Assembly: GCA_005893295.1 (NCBI GenBank)
Contig: VBOY01000072.1
Location: 1 to 58,534 of the forward strand
DNA from: Candidatus Eiseniibacteriota bacterium
GTDB taxonomy: Bacteria > Eisenbacteria > RBG-16-71-46
Length of the DNA: 58,534 nt
Direction: 5' to 3'
In this document: positions 36,007 through 43,542 of the stretch, piece by piece
Position numbering within the stretch: the stretch's first letter is position 1
Layout of the letters: each line of letters begins with the position of its first letter
Notes under the pieces: generated by a model
The model's input: only the letters and a program-made list of their open reading frames with translations
Told to the model about the DNA's origin: nothing
The model's database searches: none
Program-made: the position numbers and the translations under genes

Positions 36007-37686
36007 CTAGCGCGTGATCACGATCTTCCGCACCGCGCGTCTTCCCCCCGACTCCAGCGCCGCGAAATAGATCCCGCTTCCCAGGGTGCGCCCGTCCGAG
36101 CTCGTGCCATCCCAGATCGCCGCGTGGCGCCCGGCGGGAAGCGTGGCTTCGATGAGGGTGCGCACCAGGCGGCCCGCATTGTCGTAGACCCGCAGCCGAA
36201 CCGGGGCGGCCGCGGCCAGGGCGAAGTCGATGGTGGTGGCGCGGCCAAATGGATTCGGCCACGCGGAGCCGAATGCGGTCCGCGGCGGCGCGAGCGGCTC
36301 GACGTCCACCGCCGGTTCGCTCAGCGCCCGATATGCATTCACCCGCGGACCGATCGGGTGATCGTAGGTCACGAGGTCGCCGGTGGCGACCACGTGCGCG
36401 ATGATCTGTTGTGGCGTCAAGCCCGGCATCCGGGCGCGCGTCAGCCCGCACACTCCAGCCACCAGCGGGCTCGCGAACGAGGTGCCGTCCCCGTACATGT
36501 ACGGGTTCTCGCCGTCCCACCCGAAGTAGAGCAGGTAGATGATCTGGCTGACGAAATCGAGCTCGTAGTTGCGGCAGATCGAGGACCACATGGCGCTCCC
36601 GGGCGCGGCTACGTCCACCCAGCTGCCCCAGTTGGAATAGGCCGCGCGCCGGTTGTCCTCGCCGGTCGCGGCGACCGCCAGCACGTTGGCGCACGCCGCC
36701 GGGTAGCTCGGCGTGTCGAGGCTGTCGTTGCCCGCGGCGGCGACGCATAGCACGTTGGCGGCCGTGGCCATATCGACCAGAGCCTGAAAGTAGTCCTGGG
36801 CGGTGGGATCCCTAGTTCCGAAGCTCATGTTGAGCACGTCGGCACCCTCGCCGGCCGCATACTCGAACGCCGCGGTGACCGCCGAGAGCGGCAGCTCGCC
36901 CGCCGAGTTTCCTACCTTGAGCGCCATGATCCGGCACTGCCATCCGGCCCCGGCGATCCCGGCGCCGTTGTCCGTGGCCGCGGCGGCGATCCCCGCGACG
37001 AACGTGCCGTGGAAGCCCTCGTCGATTCCCGACGGATCGATCATCGCCTCCGCGCTGGGATCGGCGTCGCCGTTGCCGAAGTCCCAGCCTTTCACGTCGT
37101 CCACCAGACCGTTGCCGTCGTCATCCACGCCGTTCCCTGGAACCTCGGCGCGATTGATCCAGATCTGGCTCGCCAGGTCCGGGTGACCGATATCGATGCC
37201 GTTGTCCATGATCGCAATCACCGTGTTGGTGTCGCCGCGACCCAGGTCCCAGCCCCCGGGCAACCCGACGCCGGCCGGCGACTCGACGTACCACTGGTAG
37301 AGCGGTTGGACGTAGGGATCGTTCGGGACGGTCGCGTAGAGCCGGAGCAGCAAGTCCGGAACCACCGCCCGGAACGCGCGGGTCGCGGAGAGTTCACGGG
37401 CGGCGGCCAGCGGATCGAAATCGTTGCGATCGCTTTCGAGAGTGAGAAAGCGCCTGCGGTCCGGACTTCTTGGCGAGGCTCCGATGACGACGTAGCGGCG
37501 GAGCCCGTGGCGGTCGAGGATCGCTTGCACGAGCGGCGTGCGCGCCGTGATCCGGCCGTTCAGCCCGAGGCGCAGTGGCTCCGAGTCATCGGTGGCGACC
37601 AGCAACGCGCCAGGCCTGAAGCTCGCGGCCCACGCGGGCGCGGCCACCAGGCACAGCATCCAGGCCAAGACGATCCGGCATCGCAT
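36007..37686 (-). CDS. Secreted subtilisin-like (S8) serine protease with a FlgD-Ig/T9SS-type C-terminal domain
   Basis: 559 aa with a signal peptide. Triad contexts are AIMDNGID, HGTFVAGIAAA and GTSFASPLVAG. The C-terminus reads AWPNPFGRATTIDFAL...VYDNAGRLVRTL...WDGTSSDGRTLGSGIYFAAL. Confidence 0.9.
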   Translation of the reverse strand: MRCRIVLAWMLCLVAAPAWAASFRPGALLVATDDSEPLRLGLNGRITARTPLVQAILDRHGLRRYVVIGASPRSPDRRRFLTLESDRNDFDPLAAARELSATRAFRAVVPDLLLRLYATVPNDPYVQPLYQWYVESPAGVGLPGGWDLGRGDTNTVIAIMDNGIDIGHPDLASQIWINRAEVPGNGVDDDGNGLVDDVKGWDFGNGDADPSAEAMIDPSGIDEGFHGTFVAGIAAAATDNGAGIAGAGWQCRIMALKVGNSAGELPLSAVTAAFEYAAGEGADVLNMSFGTRDPTAQDYFQALVDMATAANVLCVAAAGNDSLDTPSYPAACANVLAVAATGEDNRRAAYSNWGSWVDVAAPGSAMWSSICRNYELDFVSQIIYLLYFGWDGENPYMYGDGTSFASPLVAGVCGLTRARMPGLTPQQIIAHVVATGDLVTYDHPIGPRVNAYRALSEPAVDVEPLAPPRTAFGSAWPNPFGRATTIDFALAAAAPVRLRVYDNAGRLVRTLIEATLPAGRHAAIWDGTSSDGRTLGSGIYFAALESGGRRAVRKIVITR

Positions 37687-37700
37687 TCACGAGTCCTTAG

Positions 37701-37778
37701 CAGGCTGCTGAAAAGGCCCGACTGCTGCGTTGCTCGGTCGCTCCTCGCGCCTTGCATTCAGGCTTTTTCAGCAGCCTG
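37701..37778. repeat. 18-bp inverted repeat (one G-T position) with a 42-nt loop, abutting the Shine-Dalgarno sequence of the S8 protease gene
   Basis: CAGGCTGCTGAAAAGGCC (37701-37718) pairs with GGCTTTTTCAGCAGCCTG (37761-37778). Confidence 0.75.
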
Positions 37779-38152
37779 TGAGGCCATGGTCTTCGTCCAC
37801 GCGTCGAACGCGGCGACGCGGCAGGAATGGGCGAGCCACGCCCTGAGGAGATTTCGAGCAAGCGCCATGCCGCAAGGCGGGTCGAGGCCAAGACCCGTTC
37901 AGACGGCCGCTGCGATCGGCGGGGCGCCATGGCGAGCCGTCACATCGTGCCGTTTGCATCGGCACCCGCCCGAGCGGCGGGGGCTCTTGGCTGCCGTTCC
38001 CCCGGAGCGCGGGCGCCCTCCCCCATCCCGTTTGATATACAGTGTCGGCCTTCGATGCGGCGACCTGCCCGACGTGTTCCCGCGGAGGACGTGATGTCCA
38101 GTCCCTGCCCCGATGCGAGCGGCGGTCCGACTCACGACGGTCCGGGCGGGAC

Positions 38153-39469
38153 GTGAGGCTGTTTCCCGTGGGGTTTCTGTGGGGTGCCGCGACCTCGGCG
38201 CATCAGGTCGAAGGCGACAACTGCGGCAACGACTGGTGGCGCTTCGAAGCCCTCCCCGGCACGATCGCCCACGGGGACGTGAGCGGGCCCGCATGTCGCC
38301 ACTACGAATGGTTCGACCGCGACTTCGCGCTCGCCGCAGGCGACGGACACAACGCGCACCGATTCTCCTTGGAGTGGAGCCGCATCGAGCCCGCGCGCGG
38401 CCGTTTCGACGTCACGCAGGTGGCGCACTACCACGCGGTGCTCGCCTCCTTGAGGCGCCATCGCCTCGCGCCGATCGTCACCCTGCACCACTTCACGAAC
38501 CCCCTGTGGATCGCCGATCACGGCGGCTGGGAGAGTCGCGAAACGGTGGACCGGTATTGCGACTACGTGCGCTTCTGCGCGCGCGAATTCGGCGGCGAGG
38601 TGGACTGGTGGTGCACGGTAAACGAACCCGAGGTCTACGCGTTCCGCGGTTGGTCCGAGGGCGTGTGGCCGCCGGCGCGTCGTGACGACAGCGCGGCGCT
38701 CGCGGTGATCGCGAACCAGCTCGAGGCCCACGGGCGCGCCTATCGCATCCTCCACGAGGAGGATCGCATCGACGCCGATGGCGACGGCAAAGCGGCCTTG
38801 GTGGGGTTCGCCAAGCATCACCCGCAGCTCGAGCCGGCGCGCCCCTGGTTCCCGCTGGACGTCCTGCGTGCCCACCTCGAGCGCCGAGTCTTCAACGACG
38901 CCGTCGAGGAAGCCGCGATCACCGGGGTCGTCGACCTGTTCATCCCGGGAGCGCGGCGCATCCGGCGGCGCGTGCCCGAGCTGGCGGGGAGCCTCGACTA
39001 CCTGGGTCTCAACTACTACACGCGCTGGAAGGTGCGCATGCTGGGGCCCGAGCCCCACGTGGCTCGCCCGGGCGCTCGGCTCACGGACCTCCGCTGGGAG
39101 ATCCACCCCCAGGGCTTCGAGCAGGCGCTGGTGCGCGTCGGCCGGCTCGGCGTGCCGATTCTGGTCACCGAAAATGGATTCGCCGATGCGAGCGATTCGT
39201 TCCGGTCGCATGCGCTGGTGGAATACCTGTTCCACATGGAGCGCGCGATGGCGCGTGGTGTTCCGGTGCTCGGCTACCTGCATTGGTCGCTGCTCGACAA
39301 TTTCGAATGGGCCGACGGGTACGGGCCGCGCTTTGGTCTCTATCGAATCGACTTCGCCAACCCCGAGAGGCCGCGCACCCGCACCCGCAGCGCCGACCTG
39401 TACGCGAGCATCGTGCGCGCGAACGCGATCGACGATCAGGTGCTGGCCGACGTGGGGCTCGCCTTGTAG
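38153..39469 (+). CDS. Glycoside hydrolase family 1 beta-glucosidase
   Basis: Motifs FLWGAATSAHQVEG, TVNEP (acid/base) and VTENG (nucleophile). I chose the start at GTG 38153. The track ORF begins at 38042. Confidence 0.85.
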   Translation: MRLFPVGFLWGAATSAHQVEGDNCGNDWWRFEALPGTIAHGDVSGPACRHYEWFDRDFALAAGDGHNAHRFSLEWSRIEPARGRFDVTQVAHYHAVLASLRRHRLAPIVTLHHFTNPLWIADHGGWESRETVDRYCDYVRFCAREFGGEVDWWCTVNEPEVYAFRGWSEGVWPPARRDDSAALAVIANQLEAHGRAYRILHEEDRIDADGDGKAALVGFAKHHPQLEPARPWFPLDVLRAHLERRVFNDAVEEAAITGVVDLFIPGARRIRRRVPELAGSLDYLGLNYYTRWKVRMLGPEPHVARPGARLTDLRWEIHPQGFEQALVRVGRLGVPILVTENGFADASDSFRSHALVEYLFHMERAMARGVPVLGYLHWSLLDNFEWADGYGPRFGLYRIDFANPERPRTRTRSADLYASIVRANAIDDQVLADVGLAL

Positions 39470-39525
39470 GCGCGGTTGAGGCGGTCGGGTCACTTGGTTA
39501 TGCTGCCGCCCCGAAAGGAGCCGCC

Positions 39526-39714
39526 ATGTGTCCGCTGTGCGCCACCCAAGAGCCGAACGGCCACCGCTGCGAGATCCGCGAGCGACCCGACGGCCACCTG
39601 ATCTGCGCCTGCGGCCGACACTCCTGGCCCAACGCCGCGGCCTTGGAGGAGACCTGCCGGCTCCTGAGCCTCACCATCGAGCGCACTGTCCACACCTGGA
39701 CCCAGGGGCTCTGA
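39526..39714 (+). CDS. Small zinc-ribbon-like protein (CxxC ... CxC)
   Basis: 62 aa with AAGGAG 6 nt upstream of the ATG. The sequence begins MCPLCATQEPNGHRCEIRERPDGHLICACG. Confidence 0.5.
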   Translation: MCPLCATQEPNGHRCEIRERPDGHLICACGRHSWPNAAALEETCRLLSLTIERTVHTWTQGL

Positions 39715-39942
39715 GGCGCGGGCTCCCGAGACGACCCCGGTAACACGCGCGCGATTGCGCGACGGATGGGCCCGCGACACGCTTTGCTGCAGGGCGCGCG
39801 CGCGTGATCCTCAGGTCGCGCGGCGCGCCGTCGTCGCCGACGGGCTGATCCCCAGGGCTCTTCCACGAGGGACCTCCCTCGCTTGCTTGGTGCCCTCATG
39901 ATCCTGCGCTATGCTTGCCGCGCCGCAGGCATTGGAGCCCTC

Positions 39943-40314
39943 ATGACGCACGAAGACGCCCTCGAGCGGGTCCAGCGCGAGGTCGAGAGGCTGTGGCGGG
40001 ACCTCGTCTACCGCCGCCATCCAGCCGCTCATTTTGGCGAACAGCCTTGGCGCGAAAGCATCCGCGTGCGCCTGAAAGGCAGCACGCTCGAGGTGAGCGG
40101 CCGGCGCAGCCCGCCCCAGGAGCAGGCGGGCACGTTGTTCTATCACCGGGCCGAGATCTACTACGGAGAGTTCTCGCGCTTGATCGAGCTGCCGTGGGAG
40201 GCCGACGAGAAGCAGGTTCAGGCGCTCTACCACAACGGCATGCTCGAGATTCGGATCCCGGCGTCGGTCGCACCCCCCGCGGTGGAGGTCCCCATCAAGG
40301 GACCGACCACGTGA
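39943..40314 (+). CDS. Hsp20/alpha-crystallin family small heat-shock protein (unusually short)
   Basis: The C-terminal ACD pattern is ..AEIYYGEFSRLIELPWEADEKQVQALYHNGMLEIRIP. I chose the start at ATG 39943 (GGAG upstream). The track ORF starts at 39883. Confidence 0.6.
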   Translation: MTHEDALERVQREVERLWRDLVYRRHPAAHFGEQPWRESIRVRLKGSTLEVSGRRSPPQEQAGTLFYHRAEIYYGEFSRLIELPWEADEKQVQALYHNGMLEIRIPASVAPPAVEVPIKGPTT

Positions 40315-40457
40315 GCGGCGTGCGCCGGCCCGAGCCAGCTCGACTCGCGCGGGGCGGCCGCAATTCCAAAGAGAAGGCGCGGCGTTCGCGTCCCGCGCGC
40401 GAAGCGGCCGCGGCGCGCCGCCCGCGCCGCTCCGCCAAACGGCCGCCCCCGGTGTAC

Positions 40458-42899
40458 ATGCTTCCCCGGCGCGCGCAGAAGATCGAGATCGGCGGAGAAC
40501 CGCTCACCGAGACCGCCACCGTGACGCTCGCGCCACGCCAGGTGCCGGTCCTGCCGGTACGCCACACCGTGTTGTTCCCGTTCGCCCTCCTGCCGCTCAA
40601 TGTCGGCCGACCGAAAAGCCTGCGGATGCTGAACGACGCGATGGCGGCCGACCGCACCATCGCGGTATTCGCGGAGCGCCAACCGACGACGGAGGACCCG
40701 GCCGCCACGGACCTCCATCGCGTCGGCACGCTGGCGGTCGTGCTGCGCATGATCCGCATGCCGGACGAACAGGTGTCGATCCTGGTCCAGGGGCTGGCTC
40801 GGGTGCACCTCGACGAGGTGGTGAGCACCGAGCCCTACCTGACCGCCAAGGTCTCCCCCGTCTACGACGCGGAGGTGGACGACGTCGAGACGGCGGGGCT
40901 CGCGCAGGCGCTGCTCACGGAGTTCGAGCGCATCGTCTCGATCTCTCCCACGCTGCCGGCCGAGGTGCTGGTGGCGGCCAAGAACCAGAGTCCGCCGGGC
41001 CGGCTGGCCGATTTCCTGGCCTCGTTGCTGGAGCTCCCCGCGGACGTGAAGCAGCCGCTGCTCGAAATGCAGGACGTGAAGCAGCGCCTCCATTCGCTCA
41101 CCGAGATCCTGGCGCGCCAGCACCAGGTGCTCGAGGTGGGCCAACAGATCCAGGAGCAGGTGCAACAGTCGCTCGACCAGCGGCAGAAGGAATTCCTGCT
41201 CCGCCAGCAGCTCGAGGCGATCCAGAAGGAGCTGGGCGAGGGTGACGAATCGCGGCGCGAGATCGACGAGCTCAAGGAAAAGATCGAGAAGGCCCACATG
41301 CCGGAGGAGGTGCGGCGCGAGGCCGACCGCGAGCTGGCGCGGCTGGCCCGCATCCCGCCGCAGGCGCCCGAGTACACGGTGGCCCGTACCTACTTGGAAT
41401 GGATGTGCGAGATGCCTTGGGCCGTCTCGACCGAGGACGACCTCGACCTCAAGCATGCACGGGCGGTCCTCGACGAGGACCATTACGGGCTGGACAAGAT
41501 CAAAGAGCGCATCCTCGAATTCCTCGCGGTGCGCCGCTTCAAGCGCGACGCGCGCACGCCGATCCTGTGCTTCGTCGGGCCCCCGGGCACCGGCAAGACG
41601 TCGCTCGGCATGTCGATCGCCAAGGCCCTCGGCCGCAAGTTCATTCGTCAATCATTGGGCGGCGTGCGCGACGAGGCGGAGATCCGCGGGCATCGCCGCA
41701 CCTACATCGGCGCGCTGCCAGGCAACATCCTGCGCGGCATCCGCCGCGCCGGCTCGCGCAATCCGCTGTTCATGCTGGACGAGATCGACAAGCTGGGCGC
41801 CGACTTCCACGGCGATCCATCGAGCGCGCTCCTGGAGGTGCTCGATCCGGAGCAGAACGGCACCTTCACCGACCATTACCTGGACGTTCCGTTCGATCTA
41901 TCCCAGGTGCTGTTCGTCACCACCGCCAACTATCTCGATCCGGTCCCACCGGCGCTGCGCGATCGGATGGAAGTGATCGAGCTCGCCGGCTACACGGATC
42001 TCGAGAAGCTGGCGATCTCGCGCCGCCACCTGATCCCCAAGGCGATCCGGGAGAACGGGCTCGAGGAGCTGAACGTGACGTTCAGCGACGAGGCGATCCT
42101 CAAGGTGGTGCGCGACTACACCAGCGAAGCCGGGCTCCGCAACCTGGAGCGCGAGCTGGCGAACCTGTTGCGCCGCACCGCCAAGCTGGTCGCCGAGGGC
42201 GAGGAGCCGCCGCGGGCAATCGACCCGAATCGGGTGCACGAGCTGCTGGGCCCCGAGCGCTTCCAGACCGAGCAGCTGACGCGTATCGAGCAGATCGAGG
42301 CAACGGTCATGCCCGGCTCGAAGCAGCTCCTGCTCACCGGGCAGCTGGGCGAGGTGATGCGCGAATCGGCCCATGCCGCACTCTCCTACGTGCGCTCGCA
42401 CGTCGGCGAGCTGGGAATCGATCCCGAGTTCTTCGAGAGCTCCGACATCCACGTGCACCTGCCGTCCGGGGCGATCCCCAAGGACGGCCCGTCGGCGGGC
42501 GTCACGTTGTGCACCGCTCTGGTGAGCCTGCTCACGGGGCGCAAGGTGCGCACCGGAATCGCGATGACCGGCGAGATCACGTTACTCGGGCGCGTGCTGC
42601 CGATCGGTGGACTCAAAGAGAAGGTGCTGGCCGCCCACCGCGCGGGCATCAACACGGTGATCATACCGACCGAGAATCAGAAGGGGTTGGATGAGATTCC
42701 GGTCGAGGTCCGCAGCCACATGATCTTCGCGCCAGTGGACCGGATCGAGCAGGTGCTGGGCCTGAGCTTGGAGGGGGACGCGCCGGTCAAGACCGTGGTC
42801 GGGCCCACGGATAGCGAGACAGCCCCATCCGCGAGCGACGGGCCGGAGACGCCCAGCATCCAGACCGAGAGCGTCGTCGCCCGCCGCCGCGAGAGCTGA
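40458..42899 (+). CDS. lon: ATP-dependent Lon protease (LonA)
   Basis: N-domain VPVLPVRHTVLFPF, Walker A GPPGTGKTS, catalytic Ser context PKDGPSAG and Lys context GGLKEK. The start could be ATG 40458 or GTG 40311, which overlaps the hsp20 stop. Confidence 0.9.
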   Translation: MLPRRAQKIEIGGEPLTETATVTLAPRQVPVLPVRHTVLFPFALLPLNVGRPKSLRMLNDAMAADRTIAVFAERQPTTEDPAATDLHRVGTLAVVLRMIRMPDEQVSILVQGLARVHLDEVVSTEPYLTAKVSPVYDAEVDDVETAGLAQALLTEFERIVSISPTLPAEVLVAAKNQSPPGRLADFLASLLELPADVKQPLLEMQDVKQRLHSLTEILARQHQVLEVGQQIQEQVQQSLDQRQKEFLLRQQLEAIQKELGEGDESRREIDELKEKIEKAHMPEEVRREADRELARLARIPPQAPEYTVARTYLEWMCEMPWAVSTEDDLDLKHARAVLDEDHYGLDKIKERILEFLAVRRFKRDARTPILCFVGPPGTGKTSLGMSIAKALGRKFIRQSLGGVRDEAEIRGHRRTYIGALPGNILRGIRRAGSRNPLFMLDEIDKLGADFHGDPSSALLEVLDPEQNGTFTDHYLDVPFDLSQVLFVTTANYLDPVPPALRDRMEVIELAGYTDLEKLAISRRHLIPKAIRENGLEELNVTFSDEAILKVVRDYTSEAGLRNLERELANLLRRTAKLVAEGEEPPRAIDPNRVHELLGPERFQTEQLTRIEQIEATVMPGSKQLLLTGQLGEVMRESAHAALSYVRSHVGELGIDPEFFESSDIHVHLPSGAIPKDGPSAGVTLCTALVSLLTGRKVRTGIAMTGEITLLGRVLPIGGLKEKVLAAHRAGINTVIIPTENQKGLDEIPVEVRSHMIFAPVDRIEQVLGLSLEGDAPVKTVVGPTDSETAPSASDGPETPSIQTESVVARRRES

Positions 42900-42911
42900 G
42901 CAAGCCTGTCG

Positions 42912-43541
42912 TCACCCCGCGGTTCCTAGGACGCGCAAAAGCTGCTCGTCCGCCACCGGCTCGAACTCGGAGTAGTGTGCGCCCACCGCGCCGAGCGGCA
43001 CGGGCACCTCGAGGGCCAAGGCCCACTCCGCCTCACGCGCGAGCAAGGCCAATGACTCGCGTGACGCCACCGGCGCCGCCACCGCGCACCGGCGCGCCCC
43101 GAGCCGCGCGAGGCCGCGCAGCGCGGCAAGCACCGTGCTGCCGGTGGCGATCCCGTCGTCCACGAGAACCGCAACGTCACCCGGCTCGACCGCGAGCGGG
43201 TGACCGCGGTAGCGAGCCACGCGACGCGTCGCTTCGTCCGCGGCGGCCGCCGCCGCGCCGGCGCGCCAGTCGCGGCCCAACCCCAGCGTCCTGATCGCCC
43301 ACTCGTCCCAGTACTCGCCACCGGACTCCGAAACCGCGCCCACCGCCAGCTCGGGCTGGCCCGGCGCTCCCACCTTGCAAGCCACCAGCACCTCGAGTGG
43401 CTCCGAAAGCCGCTCGGCGATGGGGCGGGCCACCAAGACGCCCCCACGCGCGAGCCCATAGACGCGGCACGCCTCGCCGGCCAATCTCGAGGCCACGGCA
43501 TCGGCGAGGCAGGCCCCGGCGCTCGCGCGGTCGCGAAACAT
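42912..43541 (-). CDS. Phosphoribosyltransferase-family protein
   Basis: 209 aa with the PRPP-binding loop VAVLVDDGIATGSTV. The start lies 1 nt after the upstream stop. Confidence 0.7.
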   Translation of the reverse strand: MFRDRASAGACLADAVASRLAGEACRVYGLARGGVLVARPIAERLSEPLEVLVACKVGAPGQPELAVGAVSESGGEYWDEWAIRTLGLGRDWRAGAAAAAADEATRRVARYRGHPLAVEPGDVAVLVDDGIATGSTVLAALRGLARLGARRCAVAAPVASRESLALLAREAEWALALEVPVPLGAVGAHYSEFEPVADEQLLRVLGTAG

Positions 43542-43542
43542 G

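Noticed and set aside
40311-40457. A Lys/Arg-rich 49-aa N-terminal extension of Lon, if translation starts at GTG 40311 (overlapping the hsp20 stop).
   Set aside because: It cannot be decided from sequence. The extension is low complexity with no Lon homology, so I used the ATG 40458 start and note the alternative.
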